Source: Anthoceros angustus (Eukaryota; Plantae; Anthocerotophyta). From it: DNA of 64,000 bases. The position numbers and the translations under genes were made by a program. The stretch's first letter is position 1. Every line of letters begins with the position of its first letter. The notes beneath the pieces are model-generated. The model was not told the DNA's origin, ran no database searches, and was given only the letters and a program-made list of their open reading frames with translations. The stretch is taken from the NCBI GenBank assembly GCA_010909165.1, contig MU008236.1, positions 1 through 64,000 on the forward strand, written 5' to 3'. Of this stretch, positions 33,241 through 45,300 are shown one piece after another.

Positions 33241-36200
33241 TTGTTTGTTTTCTAGGCCAAGATGGTCTAAATAACTTTGTGGGAAACCGGTGGCTAGGCC
33301 TCCAAGTTTCAATTCATGGTCCGGTCCGCCTCTCTTAGGCAAACCCGTCTCTTTAGTTTTGCCCTTGGCCATAGGCCAAGGACAAATTAAGAGCTAGGAT
33401 TATTGCTCGGCCAGGCCAAGGACGCCACAGCAGTGATGCTTAGAAAGGACTTAGCTTGTGGCGAGGCTAGGCAGGCATCATATGCGGCTGGCTGACAAGG
33501 TGTTCATGAGGATTACGGAAAAAGCCTTTGAAGACTCTCGAAAAATTGCAAAGCTTCGTCCTTTGCATGAAGAAAGGAGAGCAGTCACGAGATGACTTTT
33601 GAAGGTTACTGTTGCGAAGGCAGGCATCTTGACGGATCAAGCCGTGGAGAAATTTGGTTGGAGGGGACTCCTTGTTCCATTTTCAGCTCACTTCAGGTGG
33701 ATAAGTATGGTGACAGCTACACCTTGGAACAAGTTCATGAAGAGGTAGAGCGCATAGAGATTGCCCCATGACCAAGGGCAAGGAGGTGGCTACCAAGGAT
33801 GGGACGTCCACCAAGGGAGGTGGCACGGGGAAGGATAAAAACTCTAAGGCGGAGGTGGGGAAATGGAAAGTCCATGACTCACACGTGCTATGGAGGCCAA
33901 ATGTCCTCGGGATCTTGCAGGACTTTAGGCCACAGGCGTGAGAGAGCATCCAGGAGTGGGTGTTATGGGAGGCTGTCTTACACCAACTTTGGAATTAATT
34001 GAAGAATGTTTTGCTAACTGCACCAAGCGAGGAGGAAGAAACAAGAGGTCCCAACGGCAAATAAAGGGTAGCACAAGGGCAAGACACATGAGGCGAGTCA
34101 TGGCCACACAGTCATGAAAATCCGTGACTTGGAAATGGAGTTGGGGAAATTCCGGAGGTTGGAGCGAAAGGAGGAAGAGGCTGGAAGAGCGGACACATTT
34201 TGTCAGAAGATTGGAGATGGAGCGAGAATGCGCAGGAGCATGCACAACTCCCTAGGAGGATAGGGGAGTTAGAAAAGGAGAGCGAGAAGAGGAAGACCGT
34301 CCGGAAAGTGCGGCATGTTGGTGGTAAGGGAGCAGAGATTTTGGGCTAATTATGCCCTATAGGAGAAGTTGATCCACCAACTGCAGACGAAAAGAGTGGA
34401 GAATGTGGCTCTTCACGTCAGGGTGGGGAGTTAACCTTGGGCGAGATGCTTACAAAAGTAAGTGTGAGCTTCACATCTTCCTACGTATGTTGAGGAGCAT
34501 CATGGCGGTGTAGGGTGGAGCATTATCCTGAGGAACATCGGGATTTATTTGAGCTCAGTGGGGTCTGGCGTTTGCCACGGACTGGACAAGCTATCTGAGA
34601 GGGTGCATGGAGGAATTTCAGCATCACTTCCAAATGCATCAATGGTTTGATGGGATGAGGTTGCCAGTGAGTTCGTTGTTGGGGAGACACATACCCTCGT
34701 CTTGATTTTTCTCAAGGAGTGGTTTCGAGTTTTCCACCATCTGCGGGGCCAGGCATCATGTGGTAGGGTGGCCTCGGCGGTTTACATTCGACCAACAAGT
34801 GAGGACCCCTCATGTTGATCAACGTGCTTGGACTCGAGAGGAGAAGGCGTTCAAGCTATCTCGAGAGACTACTTGACCCATCTACACTTCACAGCAAATT
34901 CTGGTTTTCAATTACCCAACACGAGAAGCTTACAATCGGGACATGGATCTTTGGGCGAGGATGGCATACATCCTTTTTCAGCCGATTCGATGCGGAGCTT
35001 TGTGGAAGAAACGGGTTGACAATCTATCTGGATTCAAAAGGCGCGAGATTACTATTAAGCGGGAGGCCTGAAGACCCATCGGATGATGAGGATCTCGAAG
35101 ATGGCGCCATTCCTCCTCCTCGCGGAGACCACCGTCGGTGTTGGACAAGCTACGTTCTCGTGGTGGGGGCGTTGGTGAGTAGTTGTTTGTTTTTCTAGGC
35201 CAAGATGGTCTAAACAACTTTGTGGGAAACCAGGTGGCTAGGCCTCCAAGTTTCCAGGGGCTTCATGTCCTGGGTGCTCGCTCTTAGGCAAACCCGGTCT
35301 CTTTTTGTGCCCTTGGCCATAGGCCAGGACAAATTAAGCTAGGATTATTGCTCTGGGCCAAGGCCAGGGCGCCTGAGCGGTGATGCTTAGAAAGGACTTA
35401 GCTTTGTGGCGAGGCTAGGCATGCACTATGCTCACAGGCCGCGACAAGGTGTTCATGAGGATTCTGGAAAAAGCCTTTCCGCTGAAGACTCTCGAAAAAA
35501 TTGCAAAGCTTGCGTCCTTTGCAAGAAAGGAGAGCAGTCACGGATGACTTTTGAAGATTCTGAGTTCTTGAGAAAGGCGAGGCATCTTGACGGATCAAGC
35601 CGTGGAGAAATTTCCAGCGTTGGAGGGGACTCCTTGTTCCATTTTCAGCTCATCACTTCTACGGTGGATAAGTATGGTGGCACTACACCTTGAGAACAAG
35701 TTCATGAAGGTAGGCGCATAGATTGCCCCATGACCAAGGGCAAGGAGGTGGCTACCAAGGATGGGACGTCCACCAAGGGAGGTGGCACAGGGAAGGATAA
35801 AAACTCTAAGGCAGGAGGTGCAGGCTTCGGGAAATGGAAAGTCGACATGCCACAGCTCACGTGCTATGGAGGCCAAATGTCCTCCAGGGATCTTGCAGAC
35901 TTTAGGCCCTGGGCAGCAGAGGAGAACATCCAGCTGGAGTGGGTGTTATGGGAGGCACTGGTCTTACACCAACCTGGAATTAATTGAAGAATGTTTTGCT
36001 AACCTGCACCAAACAGAGGAAGAAACAAGACAGGTCCCAACAGCAAATAAGGGTAGCACAAGGGCAAGTAGAAGCACATGAGCAGGTCATGGCCACACAA
36101 GCTGTGAAAATCCGTGACTTGGAAATGGAGTTGGGGGAAATTCGCCGGAGGTTGGAACGAAAGGAGGAAGAGCTGGAAGAACGGACACATTTTGTCCGAA

Positions 36201-36476
36201 GATTGGAGATGGAGCGAGAAGTACAGCAGCAGGAGCATGCACAACTCCCTAGGAGGATAGGGGAGTTAGAAAAGGAGAGAGCAGAAGAGGAAGACCGTCA
36301 TGAGGCGGTTGTGCAGCACATGTTGGTGGTAAGGGAGCAGAGATTTTGGGCTAATTATGCCCTATAGGAGAAGTTGATCCACCAACTGCAGACGAAAAGA
36401 GTGGAGAATGTGGCTCTTCACGTCAGGGTAGGGGAGTTAACCTTGGAGCGAGATGCTTACAAAAGTAAGTGTGAGC
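32525..36476. repeat. Tandem duplication 6 (32525-34465 / 34466-~36476)
   Basis: GAGCTTCACATCTTCCTAC at 32525 and 34466; microhomology GAGC. Confidence 0.9.
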
Positions 36477-36739
36477 AGGGAGTGTGGCTTGAGGATTATA
36501 AAGAATTGGAGATGGCACAACAACGATTTGCAGCCCATCTTCACAACAAGGTACTCAAGGCAACTAACGAATTATTGCGGGTTGCTGAGAAAAGAATGTT
36601 GGGACCTCATGATGATGATAGGGAGGCCCTTATGCAGGTCCAACCAAGAGCCTTAGACTTGGAGAATGCCCCAAGCGACATGGATGAAGGAACTTCGCAA
36701 CGGGGGAAACAAGTGGAGCGGCTCCACTTTCCTGTCTAA
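35430..36739 (+). pseudogene. gag fragment followed directly by an internally deleted ORF2
   Basis: FMRILEKAFPLKTLEKIAKLASF matches FMAILEKAFPLKTHEKIAELASF at ~49565. It is followed by MTKGKE..MPQLTCYGGQ..NLHQ joined straight to the coiled coil and ENVALHVRVGELTL. Confidence 0.65.
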
Positions 36740-39310
36740 AAAACCAGGCCCTAACCCTTCTCTTCTTTTTTAATAAAATCTCCACTTTCCTCTCTAAAAA
36801 ACCAGGCCCTAATAGGACATATCACTATCTTTGATAATTGTAATGGTGACCACGTCGGGGATTGCATTTTCCTCTAATTAATTATCAGTAGATGTCTGTC
36901 GGAATTGGGGAAAACCCCTCCGCCCTCTGGGGTTAACTCGCGTGTGTCTGTAGAAGGTCGAGCGCGCCGGGAGACGGTTTGCGGTACTTAGGGCAAAGTT
37001 TTTTACAATCGGCCGTATCAACAATTGGTACAATTGGTGTCCGACCAGTATCTTCACCGTGAATACCCTACGAGGCCGTTACAAATCCGGAGCTCTGCGG
37101 CCGCCGTTACAAATCTGGAGCTCTGCGGCCGCCGACTAGAATCTATCTATAGGCACGGCGCTGGCAGAGTGCACTCCATACTGGCAGGCTTTGGAGGGGC
37201 TACCTACGGGCTTTGTAACGTCGGGGATGGCGCGTTGAGCTTGTAACTGCGCTTCCCAAGGTGCAACCTTGGGGGAGAATACCCTGTTGCGGTTTCATTT
37301 GTTGAGCACAAACACCTTCGCGTTTGAGGCGTACGCAATGCCTAGGAAGCGCAAAACTCCGAAAGACGGTGAAGAGCAGGCACAGGGTCTTCAGGTCACT
37401 TCACAGCCCTCGGCAAATGTGCCACCGAGGGAGGCTGTCGAAATACTTGAGATGGGGCGGATGAATAGGGGGCGATTCGATCTGGGGCCGGTGGCGGTCC
37501 AGTACAGGGAAGGGAGCACCTCCTTCTGTAGGTCCCGCTGGAGTGCCTAGCCTGGGATATTACCCGCCGCAGAACTCTCAAGAAGCAGTTTCCATTTCTG
37601 GGACAGCCTGCACTGCTGATCGAGACTTGCTGAAGGCGCCGAAGGCTTTGCAGCCTGTTGCTAAAGCTTCCACTGGACCTCCTTTTGAATCGATGCCTGA
37701 CTCTGTCTCTCGCGTGGAACCCTCAACATCGCCAGCAAGCAGCTTTGTGAATGCTGGGGCTACAATTGCTAGGCGCATGAATGACTTGCGGCTTCAGGAG
37801 CGTCAAGAAGCATCCGCTCCATCTTCGCCCACTCATGTGCAGGCCCCACCTGTGTCCAGCAAGTCACTGAGGTTTCCTTTGCGGCCAGGAAAGGGCCGCT
37901 CAGGTATCAGTGTTGTCAAGGCGAATCATTTCTTTGCGGAGTTGCCTGATAAAGAATGTTGGGACCTCATGATGATGATAGGGAGGCCCTTATGCAGGTC
38001 CAACCAAGAGCCTTAGACTTGGAGAATGCCCCAAGCGACATGGATGAAGGAACTTCGCAACGGGGGAAACAAGTGGAGCGGCTCCACTTTCCTGTCTAAA
38101 AAACCAGGCCCTAACCCTTCTCTTCTTTTTTAATAAAATCTCCACTTTCCTCTCTAAAAAACCAGGCCCTAATAGGACATATCACTATCTTTGATAATTG
38201 TAATGGTGACCACGTCGGGGATTGCATTTTCCTCTAATTAATTATCAGTAGATGTCTGTCGGAATTGGGAAAACCCTCCGCCCTCTGGGGTTAACTCGCG
38301 TGTGTCTGTAGAAGGTCGAGCGCGCCGGGAGACAGTTTGCGGTACTTAGGGCAAAGTTTTTACAATCGGCCGTATCAACAATTGGTACAATTGGTGTCCG
38401 ACCAATATCTTCACCGTGAATACCCTACGAGGCCGTTACAAATCCGGAGCTCTGCGGCCGCCGTTACAAATCTGGAGCTCTGCGGCCGCCGACTAGAATC
38501 TATCTATAGGCACGGCGCTGGCAGAGTGCACTCCATACTGGCAGGCTTTGGAGGGCTACCTACGGGCTTTGTAACGTCAGGGATGGCGCGTTGAGCTTGT
38601 AACTGCGCTTCCCAAGGTGCAACCTTGGGGAGAATACCTGTTGCGGTTTCATTTGTTGAGCACAAACACCTTCGCGTTTGAGGCGTACGCAATGCCTAGG
38701 AAGCGCAAAACTCCGAAAGACGGTGAAGAGCAGGCACAGGGTCTTCAGGTCACTTCACAGCCCTCGGCAAATGTGCCACCGAGGGAGGCTGTCGAAATAC
38801 TTGAGATGGGGCGGATGAATAGGGGGGCGATTCGATCTGGGGCCGGTGGCGGTCCAGTACAGGGAAGGGGCGCACCTCCTTCTGTAGGTCCCGCTGGAGT
38901 GCCTAGCCTGGGATATTACCCGCCGCAGAACTCTCAAGAAGCAGTTTCCATTTCTGGGACAGCCTGCACTGCTGATCGAGACTTGCTGAAGGCGCCGAAG
39001 GCTTTGCAGCCTGTTGCTAAAGCTTCCACTGGACCTCCTTTTGAATCGATGCCTGACTCTGTCTCTCGCGTGAACCCTCAACATCGCCAGCAAGCAGCTT
39101 TGTGAATGCTGGGGCTACAGTGCTAGGCGCATGAATGACTTGCGGCTTCAGGAGCGTCAGAAGCATCCGCTCCATCTTCGCCCACTCATGTGCAGGCCCC
39201 ACCTGTGTCCAGCAAGTCACTGAGGTTTCCTTTGCGGCCAGGAAAGGGCCGCTCAGGTATCAAGTGTGTTGTCAAGGCGAATCATTTCTTTGCGGAGTTG
39301 CCTGATAAAG
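36590..39310. repeat. Tandem duplication 7 (~36590-37950 / 37951-~39310)
   Basis: AGO exon 1 is cut at GTTGCCTGATAAAGA and jumps back to GTTGCTGAGAAAAGA (36581-36595). Confidence 0.92.
37074..37150 (+). promoter_or_regulatory. Putative AGO proximal promoter: 28-bp direct repeat and TATA-like element
   Basis: GCCGTTACAAAT(C/T)(C/T)GGAGCTCTGCGGCC occurs twice, then TCTATCTATAGG about 190 bp before the ATG. Function is inferred from position only. Confidence 0.35.
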
Positions 39311-42300
39311 ATCTGCACCAGTATGATGTAAGGACGCTTTTTCATGACTCTACTTTGTGTCATCGAATCTATCGGACCTTCGGAACCCATTTTCTCTGAC
39401 TGTTCACCTGTCCAGGTTTCGATTACGCCGGAGGTGACATCCCGTGGGGTGAATAGGGCTGTAATGAAGGTTCTAGTCAGCACCCACAAGGATTCGGCTC
39501 TGGGTCAGCGTTTACCTGTATATGACGGACGGAAAAGCCTTTACACAGCTGGCCCTCTACCATTCCAATCAAGGAATTTCACGTGAACCTCCTAGATGAA
39601 GAGGATGGTACTAATACTCAAAGGTTTGTATCTATTGGTTGAAGCTCTCTTGTTTCCTTTGTGCTAGAAGGTTGTCATAGCTTCTATCCTGTCTTTGCAG
39701 AAGGGAGAGGTCGTTTAGGGTTGTGCTGAAGCTCGCAGCCAGGGCAGATCTGCACCATTTAGGGCAATTCCTGCAAGGTAGACAAGCAGATGCACCACAG
39801 GAAGCTTTGCAGGTGCTCGACATAGTTTTGCGAGAACTTCCCACTCATCGGTATGCCTTTTTCCTGTGATGACGTTAATTCGTTCATCTGCAGCAGTGTT
39901 AGGCCCAGTCTAAGCTGCCTCACCCATTTTGTCTGACTGTAGATACTCCCCAGTTGGCCGATCATTCTATTCACCACATTTAGGACATCGACAACCTTTG
40001 GGAGATGGTCTGGAAAGTTGGCGTGGTTTTTATCAAAGCATTCGGCCTACTCAGATGGGTTTGTCTCTCAATATTGGTGAGGAATATCTTCAGCCTTGCT
40101 TTTGCGAGTATTTTATATTGTGCCTTCGTCTTGTGAGGCATGCTATCCTTCCCTTCGGTTGTTAGCTGCAGAGTGAAGGCAACCAGGTGTTAAAATCAAC
40201 AATTGGTACAATTGGTGTCCGACCAATATCTTCACCGTGAATACCCTACGAGGCCGTTACAAATCCGGAGCTCTGCGGCCGCCGTTACAAATCTGGAGCT
40301 CTGCGGCCGCCGACTAGAATCTATCTATAGGCACGGCGCTGGCAGAGTGCACTCCATACTGGCAGGCTTTGGAGGGCTACCTACGGGCTTTGTAACGTCA
40401 GGGGATGGCGCGTTGAGCTTGTAACTGCGCTTCCCAAGGTGCAACCTTGGGGAGAATACTGTTGCGGTTTCATTTGTTGAGCACAAACACCTTCGCGTTT
40501 GAGGCGTACGCAATGCCTAGGAAGCGCAAAACTCCGAAAGACGGTGAAGAGCAGGCACAGGGTCTTCAGGTCACTTCACAGCCCTCGGCAAATGTGCCAC
40601 CGAGGGAGGCTGTCGAAATACTTGAGATGGGGCGGATGAATAGGGGGCGATTCGATCTGGGGCCGGTGGCGGTCCAGTACAGGGAAGGGCGCACCTCCTT
40701 CTAGGTCCCGCTGGAGTGCCTAGCCTGGGATATTACCCGCCGCAGAACTCTCAAGAAGCAGTTTCCATTTCTGGGACAGCCTGCACTGCTGATCGAGACT
40801 TGCTGAAGGCGCCGAAGGCTTTGCAGCCTGTTGCTAAAGCTTCCACTGGACCTCCTTTTGAATCGATGCCTGACTCTGTCTCTCGCGGAACCCTCAACAT
40901 CGCCAGCAAGCAGCTTTGTGAATGCTGGGGCTACAGTGCTAGGCGCATGAATGACTTGCGGCTTCAGGAGCGTCAGAAGCATCCGCTCCATCTTCGCCCA
41001 CTCATGTGCAGGCCCCACCTGTGTCCAGCAAGTCACTGAGGTTTCCTTTGCGGCCAGGAAAGGGCCGCTCAGGTATCAAGTGTGTTGTCAAGGCGAATCA
41101 TTTCTTTGCGGAGTTGCCTGATAAAGATCTGCACCAGTATGATGTAAGGACGCTTTTTCATGACTCTACTTTGTGTCATCGAATCTATCGGACCTTCGGA
41201 ACCCATTTTCTCTGACTGTTCACCTGTCCAGGTTTCGATTACGCCGGAGGTGACATCCCGTGGGGTGAATAGGGCTGTAATGAAGGTTCTAGTCAGCACC
41301 CACAAGGATTCGGCTCTGGGTCAGCGTTTACCTGTATATGACGGACGGAAAAGCCTTTACACAGCTGGCCCTCTACCATTCCAATCGAAGGAATTTCACG
41401 TGAACCTCCTAGATGAAGAGGATGGTACTAATACTCAAAGGTTTGTATCTATTGGTTGAAGCTCTCTTGTTTCCTTTGTGCTAGAAGGTTGTCATAGCTT
41501 CTATCCTGTCTTTTGCAGAAGGGAGAGGTCGTTTAGGGTTGTGCTGAAGCTCGCAGCCAGGGCAGATCTGCACCATTTAGGGCAATTCCTGCAAGGTAGA
41601 CAAGCAGATGCACCACAGGAAGCTTTGCAGGTGCTCGACATAGTTTTGCGAGAACTTCCCACTCATCGGTATGCCTTTTTCCTGTGATGACGTTAATTCG
41701 TTCATCTGCAGCAGTGTTAGGCCCAGTCTAAGCTGCCTCACCCATTTTGTCTGACTGTAGATACTCCCCAGTTGGCCGATCATTCTATTCACCACATTTA
41801 GGACATCGACAACCTTTGGGAGATGGTCTGGAAAGTTGGCGTGGTTTTATCAAAGCATTCGCCTACTCAGATGGGTTTGTCTCTCAATATTGGTGAGGAA
41901 TATCTTCAGCCTTGCTTTTGCGAGTATTTTATATTGTGCCTTCGTCTTGTGAGGCATGCTATCCTTCCCTTCGGTTGTTAGCTGCAGAGTGAAGGCAACC
42001 AGGTGTTAAAATCAACTTTTTGGTGGTGCAGACATGTCGTCTACTGCCTTCATTGAGCCACTGCCTATTACTGATTTCGTGGCTCAGATTCTGAATCGGG
42101 ATTTGTCAAGACCTTTGACGGATGCAGACCGGATTAAGGTATCATAGCTCTGCGTGCCAGGTGTTTTAAAGTTTGACCCCGTCCTTGAAATTCCTCTTCT
42201 ATATTATTTTAGGAGGACATCATAGTATGCAGTTCTGCCATAGCGCCTACCAGCTTGGGCTGAAGCCTTGGATGGCAGCTTGTCCTTATCACCCTCATAC

Positions 42301-45300
42301 TGATCTAGCCCATAGCGTCCTGCAGTTGTGCAACTTCATCTGGTCTGCTGGTTGTTACTTTAGTGGTGTCCTCCTGTGTTTGAGTAGCCTTTTCCATTCT
42401 GAGCTGCGGCTGCCCATAGTAGCCTTTTTTATTTCTCGGGGACTTTTAACTCCATGGCTTGGTGGCACCTTCTTTCTTTAGCCCTGAAGCTTATCTGTTG
42501 TGTTACAAGTAGATCTCTCATGCATAGCTAGCATTCTATTGAGTAGCACTTGTTGAATCTGAGCTCATTGTACTATCCATGGGGGTGTTGTACTATTATC
42601 AAGTCAGGATTTGGGCTCGAACTAAATTTTGTGGGACTACTTGCTTCCTCCAGGTCAAGAAAGCACTTGAGGTATTAAAGTGGAGGTGACTCATCGGGGG
42701 CCAATGCGCCGCAAATACCGTATCTCTGGCATAACAGCTCAGGCAACACATGATTTAAGGTGTGCTTGTATAAGAATGGATATGCCCTTTGGAATAGTGA
42801 GGACGTGTCTTTGAGTACCCCTGCCTTGTTTGATCTCGCGAAGTTCGTGGTGGCAGGACTGACAGCTTATTTTGTCCAGCTTTCCAGTAGATGAAGAGGA
42901 TGGTACTAATACTCAAAGGTTTGTATCTATTGGTTGAAGCTCTCTTGTTTCCTTTGTGCTAGAAGGTTGTCATAGCTTCTATCCTGTCTTTTGCAGAAGG
43001 GAGAGGTCGTTTAGGGTTGTGCTGAAGCTCGCAGCCAGGGCAGATCTGCACCATTTAGGGCAATTCCTGCAAGGTAGACAAGCAGATGCACCACAGGAAG
43101 CTTTGCAGGTGCTCGACATAGTTTTGCGAGAACTTCCCACTCATCGGTATGCCTTTTCCTGTGATGACGTTAATTCGTTCATCTGCAGCAGTGTTAGGCC
43201 AGTCTAAGCTGCCTCACCCATTTTGTCTGACTGTAGATACTCCCCAGTTGGCCGATCATTCTATTCACCACATTTAGGACATCGACAACCTTTGGGAGAT
43301 GGTCTGGAAAGTTGGCGTGGTTTTTATCAAAGCATTCGGCCTACTCAGATGGGTTTGTCTCTCAATATTGGTGAGGAATATCTTCAGCCTTGCTTTTGCG
43401 AGTATTTTATATTGTGCCTTCGTCTTGTGAGGCATGCTATCCTTCCCTTCGGTTGTTAGCTGCAGAGTGAAGGCAACCAGGTGTTAAAATCAACTTTTTG
43501 GTGGTGCAGACATGTCGTCTACTGCCTTCATTGAGCCACTGCCTATTACTGATTTCGTGGCTCAGATTCTGAATCGGGATTTGTCAAGACCTTTGACGGA
43601 TGCAGACCGGATTAAGGTATCATAGCTCTGCGTGCCAGGTGTTTTAAAGTTTGACCCCGTCCTTGAAATTCCTCTTCTATATTATTTTAGGGAGGACATC
43701 ATAGTCGCAGTTCTGCCATAGCGCCTACCAGCTTGGGCTGAAGCCTTGGATGGCAGCTTGTCCTTATCACCCTCATACTGATCTAGCCCATAGCGTCCTG
43801 CAGTTGTGCAACTTCATCTGGTCTGCTGGTTGTTACTTTCGTGGTGTCCTCCTGTGTTTGAGTAGCCTTTTCCATTCTGAGCTGCGGCTGCCCATAGTAG
43901 CCTTTTATTTTATCGGGGACTTTTAACTCCATGGCTTGGTGGCACCCCTTCTTTCTTTAGCCCTGAAGCTTATCTGTTGTGTTACAAGTAGATCTCTCAT
44001 GCGCATAGCTAGCATTCTATTGAGTAGCACTTGTTGAATCTGAGCTCATTGTACTATCCCATGGGGGTGTTGTACTATTATCAAGTCAGGATTTGGGCTC
44101 GAACTTCTGAAATTTTGTGGGACTACTTGCTTCCTCCAGGTCAAGAAAGCACTTCGAGGTATTAAAGTGGAGGTGACTCATCGGGGGCCAATGCGCCGCA
44201 AATACCGTATCTCTGGCATAACAGCTCAGGCAACACATGATTTAAGGTGTGCTTGTATAAGAATGGATATGCCCTTTGGAATAGTGAGGACGTGTCTTTT
44301 GAGTACCCCTGCCTTGTTTGATCTCGCGAAGTTCGTGGTGGCAGGACTGACAGCTTGTTTTGTCCAGCTTTCCAGTAGATGAAAGAGGAACTATGAAATC
44401 TGTCACCGAGTATTTTAAGGAAACTTACAGCTATATCATTCGACGGCCATCTTTGCCATGTTTGCAAGTGGGAAATCAACAGCGTGTGAACTACCTGCCT
44501 ATGGAGGTACTGCCTTTATCTGTCACATGCTGGAGGTTGGATCGTCAATCAAGACTTGCAGGCTGTGTCCCTGTCCTGAGCCCCATCATCCTTTGTGTGT
44601 TTTCTTGGTGTGTTTGAGTAGGCTGAAATTCTGTTTCTTGTAAAATATTCAGGTTTGTAAGATTGTAGAAGGGCAGCGATTTTCCAAACGGTTGAATGAG
44701 AGACAAATCACTGCACTATTGAAAGTTACATGTCAGCGGCCAAAGGACAGGGAGATGGACATTGTGCAGGCCTGTCTTATCCTCCTAATCATTATATATT
44801 GGCTGCTTGCCCTACTGCTTTAGCTTAGGTCTGTGGCCAATGGCTTGTGACATGCACAATTACTTATCTGTATGCAGACAGTCCATCACAATGCTTATGA
44901 CAGAGATCCCTATGCCTGTGAATTTGGCATCAAAATAAGTGACAAGCTTGCTTCAGTGGAAGCTCGTATTCTACCCCCTCCACGGGTCAGTTTCTACTTG
45001 TGCCTGGGAATTACACTTGAAAGTGTGAAGTAATGTACCTGATTGTTGTTATTGTACGAGTACAGCTCAAATATCATGATACCGGGCGAGAGAAGGATTG
45101 TTTGCCTCAAGTTGGTCAATGGAACATGATGAACAAGGTAACAACAGACTGATTAACAGAGGACTTATCGGGTTTTTTCTACTCACTGTTCTTCTGGGAA
45201 GTGCAGAAGATGGTGAATGGAGGTGTTGTAAACTTTTGGGCTTGCATCAACTTCTCCCGGAGTGTGCAAGAAAATGTTGCCCGCGGATTTTGCATCGAGC

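Noticed and set aside
39301-39325. miR168-like site at GATCTGCACCAG
   Set aside because: This is simply the conserved DLHQYD codons; the flanks do not match a miR168 target.
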